The position numbers were made by a program, and so were the translations under genes. Shown here in pieces: positions 36,945 through 47,286 of a stretch of 64,000 nt of DNA. Under the pieces are notes generated by a model. That model had not been told where the DNA came from. It did no database searches and saw only the letters and a list, made by a program, of their open reading frames with translations. Location of the stretch: positions 7,255 to 71,254 of the forward strand of contig CAZAXL010000005.1 of the NCBI GenBank assembly GCA_964489145.1, given 5' to 3'. Source of the DNA: an uncultured Gammaproteobacteria bacterium (GTDB taxonomy: Bacteria; Patescibacteriota; Microgenomatia; UBA8517). How positions within the stretch are numbered: the stretch's first letter is position 1; every line of letters begins with the position of its first letter.

Positions 36945-37397
36945 ATGGCCAAAATAGACATTGAACTTATTAAAAAACTCAGAGAAGAAACAGGAGTTGC
37001 CATAATTCGCATCCGTGAAGTTTTGGAAGAGGTTGGCGGGGATAAAAAAAAGGCACTAGAGGTTCTTAAAAAAGAAGGGTTTGAAAAAGCTTCGAAGCGT
37101 GAGGGAAGAAGCACTTCCGAGGGAAAGGTTTTTGTTTACACACACCACACAGGAAAAGTTGTTGGTATAGTGGAACTTCTTTGCGAAACTGATTTTGTCG
37201 CCCGAAATGAGCTTTTTGAAGCATTAGGAAAAGACCTTGCTATGCAGGTTGCCTCAATGGGAGAAGCTGATTTGGAAAAACAGGATTTTGTAAAAGACTC
37301 CGGCAAAAAAGTTTCGGATTTAATTAAGGAACTTATTGCCAGGACAGGGGAAAACGTTCGCTTGGGCCGGGTTTTTCGTGTAGAATTAGGAAAGTAG
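36945..37397 (+). CDS. tsf: Elongation factor Ts (short, 150-aa form)
   Basis: 'LIKKLREETGVAIIRIREVLEE', 'LCETDFVARN'. Confidence 0.85.
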   Translation: MAKIDIELIKKLREETGVAIIRIREVLEEVGGDKKKALEVLKKEGFEKASKREGRSTSEGKVFVYTHHTGKVVGIVELLCETDFVARNELFEALGKDLAMQVASMGEADLEKQDFVKDSGKKVSDLIKELIARTGENVRLGRVFRVELGK

Positions 37398-37411
37398 TAC
37401 AATTCCACAAA

Positions 37412-37966
37412 ATGGAGGAATCTTCGATACGTTCTAAAATGCAGTCAACTCTAGACGTTGTTGCTTCTGATATTTCAGGGATAAGAACCGGTAGGGCATC
37501 TTCGGCGCTTGTAGAAAATATTGTTTGCCCTGCATATGGCGGAACACAAAGATTAAAAGTTATGGAACTTGCCTCGATTTCTACTCCGGATCCTACTCAG
37601 ATAATTATTAACCCTTGGGATAAATCCATAATCGGAGACATTAAAAAGGGAATAGCCGAGGCCGGTATTGGTCTTAATCCCTCTATCGATAGCGAGGTAA
37701 TAAGAATTATTATTGCTCCAATGACCACGGAAGACAGAGAAAAGTATGTCAAACTTCTCTCCGGAAAACTTGAAAATGGCAAAGTTGCAATACGTCAAGT
37801 AAGGGGAGACGAGATGCATGAAATTAAAAATAAATTTGAGGCAAAAGAAATTACGGAAGATGATAAATTTTTGTTTGAGAAAAAACTTCAGGAAATTACC
37901 GATGAATTTGTCAGTAAGATTGAGGAGATGGGTGGGAAGAAAAAAGCCGAACTTCTTCAGATATAA
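37412..37966 (+). CDS. frr: Ribosome recycling factor
   Basis: RRF length (184 aa). 'GIRTGRASSALVENI', 'LSGKLENGKVAIRQVRGD'. Confidence 0.9.
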   Translation: MEESSIRSKMQSTLDVVASDISGIRTGRASSALVENIVCPAYGGTQRLKVMELASISTPDPTQIIINPWDKSIIGDIKKGIAEAGIGLNPSIDSEVIRIIIAPMTTEDREKYVKLLSGKLENGKVAIRQVRGDEMHEIKNKFEAKEITEDDKFLFEKKLQEITDEFVSKIEEMGGKKKAELLQI

Positions 37967-38030
37967 CATTTTTCCCATGCCCATGATCTTCTTGCTTCTG
38001 TGTGATACCTAATACATAATACATCCATAT

Positions 38031-39143
38031 ATGTTGGTCTCTATTTTTGTTTTTATACTTGTGCTTTCGGTGTTAATTATATCCCATGAATTCGGACACT
38101 TTATTGTTGCCAGAAAGTCAGGAATAAAAGTTGAAGAATTTGGCTTCGGACTTCCTCCAAGACTTTTCGGCAAGAAGATAGGTGAAACTGTCTACTCGAT
38201 TAATGCCCTTCCTTTTGGTGGTTTTGTAAGGCTTCACGGTGAACAGGAGGAGGATGGGGAAACAAATACTAAACGTTCATTTTTGCATAAAAGCAAAAAA
38301 GTAAGAGCCATGGTTGTAATTGCCGGAGTTGTTATGAACTTTCTTTTGGCAATTATAGTTTTTGCAATTGTTTACTCATTCTCCGGAATACCCCGAGACG
38401 GAGGAAAAGTAAAAGTAATTGACGTAGCATCGGGGTCTCCCGCGGCAAATGCCGGAGTTGTAGTTGGTGATATTATTACTAAAGTTGGCGGTGAAACAAT
38501 CGTTCTGTCGGACGAGTTTATTGCAAAAACAGCCACTTATAAGGGTAAAAGGGTAACCTATGAGGTACAGAGGGATACAAACGGTCAGACAAAAACCCTG
38601 ACAGTTAGCCTTATTCCCAGAGAGAATCCACCCTCCGGCGAAGGATCGGTTGGGGTGACGATTACAACAATGGAAATTTATTATCCGCCTGTGCTGCTCA
38701 GGCCTTTTTATGGAATTTATTACGGATTTAAGGACGGCATTTTTTGGGGTAAAACCATTGCGACGGGGCTGTGGGGTCTGGTATCCGGCGTTTTTGAAGG
38801 AAAGACCCCCCAAGGGGTTTCAGGGCCGATCGGGATTTATGCGGTGACCACAGAGGCCTCAAAAGGCGGTTTTCTGACTCTTCTCAATTTTGTCGGTATT
38901 CTTTCCGTCAACTTGGCGATTTTGAATGTTATACCTTTCCCGGCGCTTGATGGAGGAAGACTCTTGTTCATAGGAATTGAGACGGTTACCAGAAAAAAAG
39001 TTTCCAGAAAAGTTGAAGCAACAATTAACAACATAGGCTTTCTCCTGCTTTTGACTCTTCTTCTGGTAATTACAGTCGGGGATGTGCGAAGACTCGTGAC
39101 AAACGGTGGAATTGACGGATTCATTAACTCGTTGGGAAAATGA
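38031..39143 (+). CDS. rseP: RseP-type intramembrane zinc metalloprotease (M50 with PDZ)
   Basis: 'HEFGHFIVAR', PDZ segment, 'LNVIPFPALDGGRL'. Confidence 0.85.
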   Translation: MLVSIFVFILVLSVLIISHEFGHFIVARKSGIKVEEFGFGLPPRLFGKKIGETVYSINALPFGGFVRLHGEQEEDGETNTKRSFLHKSKKVRAMVVIAGVVMNFLLAIIVFAIVYSFSGIPRDGGKVKVIDVASGSPAANAGVVVGDIITKVGGETIVLSDEFIAKTATYKGKRVTYEVQRDTNGQTKTLTVSLIPRENPPSGEGSVGVTITTMEIYYPPVLLRPFYGIYYGFKDGIFWGKTIATGLWGLVSGVFEGKTPQGVSGPIGIYAVTTEASKGGFLTLLNFVGILSVNLAILNVIPFPALDGGRLLFIGIETVTRKKVSRKVEATINNIGFLLLLTLLLVITVGDVRRLVTNGGIDGFINSLGK

Positions 39144-39156
39144 TACAATAGGCTCG

Positions 39157-40386
39157 ATGAAACAATCACAACTTTTTCCAAAAACAAGAAAAGAAGCCCC
39201 GAAAGACGCACAAAGTTTAAACCACAAACTTCTGGTTCGCGCGGGATTTATTGACCAGTTGATGTCCGGAAGTTGGACTCTTCTTCCACTTGGGCTTAGG
39301 GTTGTTACAAAAATAAATCAGATTATCAGAGAAGAGATTAATGCGGTTGGTGGTCAGGAAATGCTCATGCCTCTTCTTCATCCGAAAGAAATTTGGAGTG
39401 AAACAGGAAGGTGGGATAAAGCTGACGAGATAATGTATAAATTATCCGATACCAGGAAAAAAGAATATGTTTTGTCTTTCACACATGAGGAAATAGTAAT
39501 GGATTTGCTTCGCAAAAATATCAAAAGCTATCAGGATCTGCCGGTCGCCATCTATCAGCTCTCAACCAAATTTAGAAATGAGGCAAGAGCCAAAAGCGGA
39601 ATATTAAGAGGGAGAGAATTTATGATGAAAGACCTTTATTCTGCACATGCAAATGAAGAAGACATGATGAATTATTACGAGAAGGTAAAAGGAGCTTATG
39701 TAAAAATTTTCAAAAGACTAGGATTTGATTTTAAAGTCGCTGAGGCCTCAGGAGGGGTTTTTACCGAAAGACACACCCACGAATTTCAGGTAATCGGCGC
39801 AAATGGCGAAGACACAATCTTTACTTGTAATAAGTGTGATTATTCCGTAAATAAGGAAATATTCGAGGGAAACGAGGGAGAAAAATGTCCAAAATGTAAA
39901 GAGGGAAAAATTGAAAAAATTGAAGGAACAGTGGAGGTTGGAAACATTTTCCCTCTGGGAACTTGGTATGCAGAACGGATGCATGTTTATTACACAGACG
40001 AAAAAGGACTTAAAAAACCAATTTGGTTTGCCAGTTATGGAATCGGACCCACACGTGTTATGGGAACCTTAGTAGAAGTGTCACACGATGACAAAGGAAT
40101 TATTTGGTATCCGCAAATCGCCCCATTTGACATTCACTTAGTGGAACTTCCGGGAGGAAATGGAAAAAAGATATACGAAAAATTGAAAGAAAACAATATC
40201 GATGTTTTGTGGGACGATCGGGATGTTGCCCCGGGAGAAAAGTTTGCAGACGCGGACCTTATCGGAATTCCTGTTCGCTTAGTTGTATCGGCACGTAATG
40301 GAGATAAGATTGAGTGGAAGGAAAGAAAAACAGACGCATCCGAACTTTTGGGTTTTGATGAGGTCATTAAACGACTTAAAAAATAA
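39157..40386 (+). CDS. proS: Prolyl-tRNA synthetase (short, no editing insertion)
   Basis: 'LLVRAGFIDQLMSGSWTLLPLGLRV', class II motifs, Zn 'CNKCDY...CPKC'. Internal Met start; the ORF track begins at 39106. Confidence 0.9.
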   Translation: MKQSQLFPKTRKEAPKDAQSLNHKLLVRAGFIDQLMSGSWTLLPLGLRVVTKINQIIREEINAVGGQEMLMPLLHPKEIWSETGRWDKADEIMYKLSDTRKKEYVLSFTHEEIVMDLLRKNIKSYQDLPVAIYQLSTKFRNEARAKSGILRGREFMMKDLYSAHANEEDMMNYYEKVKGAYVKIFKRLGFDFKVAEASGGVFTERHTHEFQVIGANGEDTIFTCNKCDYSVNKEIFEGNEGEKCPKCKEGKIEKIEGTVEVGNIFPLGTWYAERMHVYYTDEKGLKKPIWFASYGIGPTRVMGTLVEVSHDDKGIIWYPQIAPFDIHLVELPGGNGKKIYEKLKENNIDVLWDDRDVAPGEKFADADLIGIPVRLVVSARNGDKIEWKERKTDASELLGFDEVIKRLKK

Positions 40387-40707
40387 ATGGAAGATTGTGT
40401 TTTTTGTAAAATTGTAAAAAAAGAACTTCCGTCCGATAAAATTAAAGAAACAGATAATTTAATCGCGATTAACGATATAAATCCACAGGCAGATACACAT
40501 ATCTTAATTATTCCCAAAAGGCACATTAAGGATGTAAGTGAATTAGACGATTCACTTTGGACGGAAATCAAAAAATTGGGGTTGGAACTGATGAGAGAAA
40601 AGGGTATAACTAACTTTAGGATGACGACGAATGCGGGGAACGCGGCTGATGTGCACCACATGCATATGCATCTGTTGGGTGAGATCTCGAGTGATCAGAA
40701 AATATGA
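40387..40707 (+). CDS. HIT-family nucleotide hydrolase
   Basis: 'HILIIPKRH', histidine triad 'HHMHMHLLG'. Confidence 0.85.
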   Translation: MEDCVFCKIVKKELPSDKIKETDNLIAINDINPQADTHILIIPKRHIKDVSELDDSLWTEIKKLGLELMREKGITNFRMTTNAGNAADVHHMHMHLLGEISSDQKI

Positions 40708-41141
40708 TTGCACAAACCTTACAACAAAGAATTGGTGAGTCGATGAAAGCCCACGATGAAGTAAGAACTTCTACTTTGAGGCTTCTTCTTTCCGCCTTTA
40801 ATTACGAAAAGATTGAGAAACAGCATGAACTGACGGATGAGGAAGAACTTGCAGTTATAAAGCGTGAAGCAAAAAAAAGAAAAGAAGCGGTTGAGATGTA
40901 TAAAAATGTGGGATCTTCCGACCGTGCCCAAAAAGAAGAAGATGAGCTAAAAATCCTTCAGGAATATTTACCTCCGGAAATGGGTGATGAAGAACTTGCA
41001 AAATTGGTTGATGAGGCGGTTGCCGAAATCAAACCTGCAGGAATGGGTGATATGGGGAAAGTAATCGGATTCGTCAAAGGTAAAGCACCAAACGCTGACG
41101 GGGGAAAAATTGCCCAACTGGTAAAAGGAAAACTTGGTTAA
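40704..41141 (+). CDS. GatB/YqeY-domain protein
   Basis: 145 aa, 'MGDMGKVIGFVKGK' C-terminal YqeY motif. Confidence 0.8.
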   Translation: MIAQTLQQRIGESMKAHDEVRTSTLRLLLSAFNYEKIEKQHELTDEEELAVIKREAKKRKEAVEMYKNVGSSDRAQKEEDELKILQEYLPPEMGDEELAKLVDEAVAEIKPAGMGDMGKVIGFVKGKAPNADGGKIAQLVKGKLG

Positions 41142-41159
41142 GGCGGAGCTTCGTATATC

Positions 41160-41549
41160 ATGATAAAAGTTTTAATTACTAAACAATCTAATTATCCGGT
41201 TAAGTCATTGGTCATCAAAAAAAAGCTGGCGGAATTTTTTACAAAAAAAGGAATTGTTTCCGATGCTGAAGTTTCTGTAGCGATAGTTGGAGAAAAAAGA
41301 ATGCTTGAGATAGGGAAAAAGTTTTTGAATGATAAAAAACTTCACAATGTTTTATCGTTTGTAACCGAGGAAACAAAGGGAGGATTTGTCTATCCGCCGA
41401 ACGGAAAAATTCATTTGGGTGAGATTATTGTCTGCTACCCGCTGGCAGTTAAAGAGGCGATTGAGGAAAATATACTGATTGATCAAAGAGTCTATGAACT
41501 GATAGAACATGGGGCAATGCATTTAATGGGAATTCATCACAAAGAATGA
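41160..41549 (+). CDS. ybeY: rRNA maturation endoribonuclease YbeY-like
   Basis: 'HGAMHLMGIHH' matches the YbeY H3xH5xH zinc motif. Confidence 0.65.
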   Translation: MIKVLITKQSNYPVKSLVIKKKLAEFFTKKGIVSDAEVSVAIVGEKRMLEIGKKFLNDKKLHNVLSFVTEETKGGFVYPPNGKIHLGEIIVCYPLAVKEAIEENILIDQRVYELIEHGAMHLMGIHHKE

Positions 41550-43048
41550 CACTTTATTTAAAATACCGCCCAAAAAATTTAGATGAACTGGATGAAACTT
41601 CTGTTAGCGAATCTCTTAAAAAAATAGTTTCCAAAAAATCCATTCCCCACGCATTTTTGTTTGCAGGACCAAAGGGTACAGGTAAAACTTCGGCTGCAAG
41701 AATTCTTGCCAAAATAATTAACTGCCAGGACTTAAAGGGGTATGACCCTTGTGGTAAATGCGAGCAATGCACCTCAATTGTCAAAGGAAGCAACCTTGAT
41801 GTTGTGGAAATGGACGCTGCATCCCATCGTGGAATTGATGATGTCCGGGTCCTGCGGGACGCGGTCAAGCTTACTCCGGTATCCGGTAAAAAGAAAATTT
41901 ATATTATTGATGAGGTGCACATGCTGACTGCCGAAGCAAGCAATGCTCTTTTAAAAACCCTAGAAGAACCTCCCGAACATGTGGTTTTTATTTTAGCGAC
42001 AACTAACCCGGAAAAATTAATTGGAACAATCCGTTCCAGAACCACATTAATTCCTTTTCGAAAGGCGAGTATTCCCGAAATAATAAGATCTCTTAAAAGA
42101 GTGGTTGATGGGGAGAAAATAAAAATTGAGGAATCGGCACTAAAACTTATTGCTGAAGCTTCAGACGGATCATTCAGGGACGCAATTAAGATGTTGGAAC
42201 AGTTAACGGCAGAAGAAAAAGAACTTACCGAGGAATCTCTTGAAGAGTTTCTCTTTAAAAATAAATCTTTTGATTTGGATAATTTTACAAAACTCCTTAC
42301 AGCAAAAGATTTGAAGAAACTTCTTTCGGAGGTCGAGGAACTGGGCACAAAAGGAGTAACGATAGAAATCTTTTTGGAATCTTTAATAAAAAAATTAAGA
42401 AGCAGCCTTTTATCCAAAGTCGGCGTCGGAAATGACAACTTGGAAAATTTATCAAAGGCCGAGCTCATTACCCTCATCGATCTTCTAACCGGGGCTTTTC
42501 GGGAAATTGGATCAAGTCCTGTTGAAGAACTGCCTTTGGAGCTGGCACTTATTTCCTGGTGTGGCGAAGAAGAAAAAGATGATAATGAAGGCGAAAAAGG
42601 TGAATCCAAAGAGACCCCTAAGGCAGAGGAGATTAAAGAAGAAAAAGATGACAAGGTCGGATCTGAAACTGAATTTCAGGAAAGTCTGCCGGGTGAAATG
42701 TTGGAAATTCGAGACGATGTGTGGAAGAATATTTTAGTTCTCGTTAAACCGGTTAATGCCACAATGGAAGCCCTTCTTCGTGCCGCTAAGCCAATTTCTT
42801 ACAACGGAAAAATTCTCACCCTGGGCGTTTATTATAAATTTCACAAAGAGAGGATCGAGGAAGCACGTCACAGAAAAACTCTGGAGGAAATTGTCGCAAA
42901 AGTGCTGCAATCACCGACAAAAGTAAATTGTGTACTGGTCGAGCCGCCACCCAAGAAAATTGTTGAAGAGACAAAAATAGAAACCATTTTAACCGAAGGA
43001 AAAGACAAGGATATTGTTGAAATTGCCGAAAAAATATTCAGCAATTAG
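41546..43048 (+). CDS. dnaX: DNA polymerase III subunit gamma/tau
   Basis: 'FLFAGPKGTGKTSAARILAK', 'CGKCEQC', 'YIIDEVHML', 'SFRDA'. Confidence 0.9.
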   Translation: MTLYLKYRPKNLDELDETSVSESLKKIVSKKSIPHAFLFAGPKGTGKTSAARILAKIINCQDLKGYDPCGKCEQCTSIVKGSNLDVVEMDAASHRGIDDVRVLRDAVKLTPVSGKKKIYIIDEVHMLTAEASNALLKTLEEPPEHVVFILATTNPEKLIGTIRSRTTLIPFRKASIPEIIRSLKRVVDGEKIKIEESALKLIAEASDGSFRDAIKMLEQLTAEEKELTEESLEEFLFKNKSFDLDNFTKLLTAKDLKKLLSEVEELGTKGVTIEIFLESLIKKLRSSLLSKVGVGNDNLENLSKAELITLIDLLTGAFREIGSSPVEELPLELALISWCGEEEKDDNEGEKGESKETPKAEEIKEEKDDKVGSETEFQESLPGEMLEIRDDVWKNILVLVKPVNATMEALLRAAKPISYNGKILTLGVYYKFHKERIEEARHRKTLEEIVAKVLQSPTKVNCVLVEPPPKKIVEETKIETILTEGKDKDIVEIAEKIFSN

Positions 43049-43106
43049 TAGCCAACTTTAAATTTAAAATTGTAATTTGTAATTTTACGAAGTAAAATCG
43101 GTATAT

Positions 43107-43382
43107 ATGTTTGACAAAGTTAGGAACCTGGCAAATATGCAGCGTCAGGCAAAAGAGCTGCAGAAAGAACTTGAGAAAATTATCCAAACCGAGGAAAAAC
43201 ACGGTTGGACTGTTTCTGTGACGGGGGATCAAAAACTTCGCTACATCAAAAATGGTGATGAAGATATGAAAGAGTTGACAGAACTTATAAATGAAGCAAT
43301 GAAGAAAGTTCAAAAAGAATCAGCAAGGAAAATGATGGAAATGGGAGGTGGTTTGGGCGGGCTTCTGGGTGGACTAAAGTAA
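43107..43382 (+). CDS. ybaB: Nucleoid-associated protein YbaB/EbfC
   Basis: 91 aa, 'MQRQAKELQKELE', Gly-rich C-terminus. dnaX-ybaB-recR synteny. Confidence 0.85.
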   Translation: MFDKVRNLANMQRQAKELQKELEKIIQTEEKHGWTVSVTGDQKLRYIKNGDEDMKELTELINEAMKKVQKESARKMMEMGGGLGGLLGGLK

Positions 43383-43399
43383 TCTGCTAGAATAACATT

Positions 43400-44008
43400 A
43401 TGAAAATAGCGCGCCCGATTGGAGCACTTATTGAATCTTTTCAAAAACTTCCCGGAATTGGACCAAAATCGGCCCAGAGGCTAACTTATTATCTTCTCCA
43501 TGTTCCCCAGCGAGAACTTGACGATTTCTCGGAAAGTATTTCAAGACTTAAAAAAGATACGGTCCTTTGCTCGGTTTGTAAAAATGTGAATGAGACCGAT
43601 CCCTGTTCAATTTGTTCAGATAACAGCCGCGATCACTCGGTGGTGATGATTGTTGAAGAACCCCTGGATGTTCTGGCTTTTGAAAGAATGGGTAGATTCA
43701 AGGGAGTTTACCATGTCTTGCATGGTGCTATTAATCCGTTGGAAAATATTGGTCCCGATGAAATTTATATACAGGATCTTTTAAATAGGGTAAAAGACAA
43801 TAAAGATGGCATAAAGGAGGCTATAATTGCCACAAACCCAACAATGGAGGGTGAAGCAACAAGCATGTTTCTGATGAAGCAGTTAAAAATTAATAATTCA
43901 GAGGTAAAAATTACAAGATTGGGAATGGGGATCCCAACCGGTGCCGATCTGGAGTATGCCGATGAAGTAACTTTGGCCCGCGCGCTTGAGGGAAGGAGGG
44001 AATTGTGA
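43400..44008 (+). CDS. recR: Recombination protein RecR
   Basis: HhH 'LPGIGPKSAQRL', Zn 'CSVCKN...CSIC', Toprim. Confidence 0.9.
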   Translation: MKIARPIGALIESFQKLPGIGPKSAQRLTYYLLHVPQRELDDFSESISRLKKDTVLCSVCKNVNETDPCSICSDNSRDHSVVMIVEEPLDVLAFERMGRFKGVYHVLHGAINPLENIGPDEIYIQDLLNRVKDNKDGIKEAIIATNPTMEGEATSMFLMKQLKINNSEVKITRLGMGIPTGADLEYADEVTLARALEGRREL

Positions 44009-44012
44009 TCAT

Positions 44013-44549
44013 ATGGGTACTGCCAAAAACACACAACAACTTGCCCAGGATCTGGCAAAGCAAATTGCACAGGAGCCACTGGAAATATTAAGGGAAGCGG
44101 GAAAACAGGTTGCCGGTGGTGAGCAGGATACAAAAAGCCAAGATATTATACAACCTCCGGATATCCAGAGTTCTGAAAGCCGGCCCAAAACCACCCATTA
44201 TCAAAACGAACTTCAGGATAAAGCCAAATCAAGCCGTAGAATAGAGGCTCTTAATCAAGAGATTGCAGACATTCGTAAACAGGATTTATTCAACGATCTT
44301 CAAAGTAGAATTACAGAAGGGGAAGATATTCCACTGGAAAATTATACGGAGCTTTCTATGGAGCAAAGACAGGTTTTGAAAGCTCAAGAAGAGGCTGTCA
44401 AAAACCGGATCGACAAGGAACAAAATACGGGATTGAACGAAGTTCCTGCTATTCACTCAAAACCAAGCCGCCGGTTTGGTGCCTGGCAAAGACATGAAGC
44501 GGAAAAACAGCAAACCAGAGTCGAAAAGCCAATACCTCCATCGGGATAA
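44013..44549 (+). CDS. Hypothetical charged coiled-coil protein
   Basis: ORF only. Start shifted to the Met after the recR stop. Confidence 0.35.
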   Translation: MGTAKNTQQLAQDLAKQIAQEPLEILREAGKQVAGGEQDTKSQDIIQPPDIQSSESRPKTTHYQNELQDKAKSSRRIEALNQEIADIRKQDLFNDLQSRITEGEDIPLENYTELSMEQRQVLKAQEEAVKNRIDKEQNTGLNEVPAIHSKPSRRFGAWQRHEAEKQQTRVEKPIPPSG

Positions 44550-44587
44550 CAATTAACAATTATCGATTAACAATGTAAAATGATCTC

Positions 44588-45997
44588 ATGGCAGATATTT
44601 TTTTAACCAATACACTAACTCACAAAAAAGAAAAATTTACACTAATCAATCCTCCCAAGGTTGGAATGTATACCTGCGGCATGACAGTTTACGACTACGC
44701 TCACATCGGGCATGGCAGAAAATATGTTACGGACGACATTCTTAAAAGAGTGCTTACTGTAAATGGTTATGAAGTTGAACATGTTCAAAATGTTACCGAT
44801 GTCGGACATTTGGTGTCCGATGCGGATGAAGGGGAAGATAAACTGGAAAAGGGAGCAGCTAAACAGGGTAAAACAGTTTGGGAAGTTGCAGAATTCTTTA
44901 CTAATAATTTCTATGAATCGATGGATAAACTGAACATAGAAAGACCCAATGTTATTTGTAAGGCTACAGACCACATCAAGGAGCAAATTGAACTGGTACA
45001 AAAATTAATGGATAAAGGGTTTGCTTATGATACCCCTGAAGCGGTTTATTTTGATATTTCAAAATTTCCTAAATACGGTGGGGCTTTCGGACAAAAACTT
45101 GAAGATAAAAAAGTTGCGGTAAGAGGCGAAGTCCAAACAGGGGAACACAAGAAAAACCCCGCTGATTTTGCCCTTTGGTTTAAAAGAATGGGCAGATTTC
45201 AAAATCACACCATGCATTGGGATTCACCCTGGGGGGATGGGTTTCCCGGCTGGCATATAGAATGTTCCGCGATGAGCATGAAATATTTGGGAGAACAGAT
45301 TGACATTCACACCGGCGGGGAAGATCACATAAGCATTCATCATCCCAATGAAATTGCCCAGAGTGAAGCATCAACGGGCAAAACTCCCTTTGTAAAATAC
45401 TGGCTGCATACGGCATTTTTGATGGTTGATGGACGCAAGATGAGTAAGAGCTTGAATAATTTTTACACAGTGGAGGATGTAGAGAAAAAGGGATTTGACC
45501 CGCTGGCCCTCAGATATCTTTATTTAGGAGCGCACTATCGCGACCCCCTGAATTTTACTTGGGATTCACTGGAAGCTTCTCAGACGGCACTTTCAAAACT
45601 TAAATCTCAAATTTCCCAGCTTCACCAAAGTTCCGCCGGGGAGTCAAATCGAACTGTTTTGTCAGAGGACAAGGAAATGAAAATTGAGGAATACAGAAAC
45701 GAATTTTCAGAGGCAATCAATGACGATTTAAATACTGCCAGGGGATTGGCGGTACTATGGTCAATGCTTGGCAGTAACATTCCGTCCGGAGATAAATACG
45801 ATTTAGCCATGAGTTTTGATGAAATATTGGGACTGAAATTGAATGAAACAAAAAGTATCGAAATCCCGGAAAATATCTCCTCTCTGATGGAGGAAAGAGA
45901 CAGACTTCGAAGCGAAGGAAAATTTGAAGAGGCAGATAAGATACGTGACCGAATAAAAGATGCCGGCTTTGATGTAAATGATAAATCGTTAAAATAA
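44588..45997 (+). CDS. cysS: Cysteinyl-tRNA synthetase
   Basis: '[19 protein letters not shown]', 'KMSKS'. Confidence 0.95.
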   Translation: MADIFLTNTLTHKKEKFTLINPPKVGMYTCGMTVYDYAHIGHGRKYVTDDILKRVLTVNGYEVEHVQNVTDVGHLVSDADEGEDKLEKGAAKQGKTVWEVAEFFTNNFYESMDKLNIERPNVICKATDHIKEQIELVQKLMDKGFAYDTPEAVYFDISKFPKYGGAFGQKLEDKKVAVRGEVQTGEHKKNPADFALWFKRMGRFQNHTMHWDSPWGDGFPGWHIECSAMSMKYLGEQIDIHTGGEDHISIHHPNEIAQSEASTGKTPFVKYWLHTAFLMVDGRKMSKSLNNFYTVEDVEKKGFDPLALRYLYLGAHYRDPLNFTWDSLEASQTALSKLKSQISQLHQSSAGESNRTVLSEDKEMKIEEYRNEFSEAINDDLNTARGLAVLWSMLGSNIPSGDKYDLAMSFDEILGLKLNETKSIEIPENISSLMEERDRLRSEGKFEEADKIRDRIKDAGFDVNDKSLK

Positions 45998-45998
45998 A

Positions 45999-46646
45999 AT
46001 GAAACTTTCTGCCGTAATTTTTGATATGGACGGGACAATTTTAGAAGATGAGGACGAATACGGAAAAGCATTTAACAAAGTTCTTAAAAACTTAAATGTT
46101 GATTCAAAGACGGACGCTCCTCAGGAAAAGGGAATTGGAGTTAAAGAAAACTGGGATCTCCTTATTAAAAAATATTCCATAAATACGGATAAAACTCCTG
46201 AATCCCTAGCCAAAGAAACTCAGAATGCATACCTGGCTAGTATTAGCGAGGTAACGGTAAGAGCAGGGTTTGATGATTTTCTTGAAAAATTAAAAGACAG
46301 CGGAGTACGGGTTGCGCTTGCCACCTCAAACATTTGGGAACAGACAGATAAGATATTAGATACGGTCAACTTACAGGATGCCTTTGATGTCATAACGACA
46401 TCTGATGAAGTTCTTTACAACAAACCCGATCCTGATATTTTTACTGTAACGGCCGATAAGCTTGGTATTGAAAAGCATGAATGTTTGGTTATAGAGGATT
46501 CACCTTCAGGAGTCGAGGCGGCAAGGCGTGCCGGAATGAAAGTTGTTGCCATTTTTTCCGGCGGGGATTTACAAGCTCTTTCAAAAGCAGATTTGGTGGT
46601 TGAAGGATTTTCCGAAATTACAGCCCAAGCGATAGACCAGTTGTGA
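45999..46646 (+). CDS. HAD-superfamily hydrolase (beta-phosphoglucomutase-like)
   Basis: 'VIFDMDGTI', 'ALATSN', 'EDSPSGVEAARRAGM'. Confidence 0.8.
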   Translation: MKLSAVIFDMDGTILEDEDEYGKAFNKVLKNLNVDSKTDAPQEKGIGVKENWDLLIKKYSINTDKTPESLAKETQNAYLASISEVTVRAGFDDFLEKLKDSGVRVALATSNIWEQTDKILDTVNLQDAFDVITTSDEVLYNKPDPDIFTVTADKLGIEKHECLVIEDSPSGVEAARRAGMKVVAIFSGGDLQALSKADLVVEGFSEITAQAIDQL

Positions 46647-46668
46647 GATAATGAATTAATATTAAGTT

Positions 46669-47286
46669 ATGGAGCAAAATAATCAGCCAAGCTTTAACGT
46701 TGTAACAACTAACAAGCCAAGTAAAAACACCAAACAGGGTTTGATAATAGGTGCTTTAGTTGTTGTCTTTTTGGCTATAGCTGTTGTCGCTGGAGTCATT
46801 CTTGTCAGACAGCAGCAAGATATTAGGGAAAAGGCAGAAGCAGTTCTTGTTTGCCCTGCAGCCGAAGCTTGTCCTGTCGCAGGGGATCCAACTTTATTAA
46901 AAAGCTGCTATTCAGCGGATGCGGGGGATCCTCCGCGGGATATAAGCTGTTCAACGATTGCCAACGTCGGTGCCACAACTTTTTGCGGTTCAACAAATTT
47001 TTGCTGTCCGTCGCTGGGTGCTTCTTGGACCACAGATTTAACGATGTGTTCAACACCAAGCCCGACGCCGACACTAACTCCGACACCATCCGCAACCGCA
47101 ACCGCGACTGCCAGTGCAACGCCTACAGAAACTGCAACCTCTTCTGCAACCTCTTCTGCAACACCCCAAGCTACAGGCTCGGCAACACCGGCCCCGATTC
47201 CTGTAACAGGAATGAGTTGGCCAACAATAGTTGGAACAGCAGTGGGAATATTGGTAATAATTGGGTCAATTCTTCTGGTGCTCTAG
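46669..47286 (+). CDS. Cys-rich cell-surface protein with T/S/A/P linker and C-terminal 'IPVTG'+TM sorting-signal-like tail
   Basis: N-terminal TM, 9 Cys in about 100 aa, 'TPSPTPTLTPTPSATATATASATPTETATSSATSSATPQATGSATPAPIPVTG', then a hydrophobic C-terminus. Confidence 0.5.
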   Translation: MEQNNQPSFNVVTTNKPSKNTKQGLIIGALVVVFLAIAVVAGVILVRQQQDIREKAEAVLVCPAAEACPVAGDPTLLKSCYSADAGDPPRDISCSTIANVGATTFCGSTNFCCPSLGASWTTDLTMCSTPSPTPTLTPTPSATATATASATPTETATSSATSSATPQATGSATPAPIPVTGMSWPTIVGTAVGILVIIGSILLVL

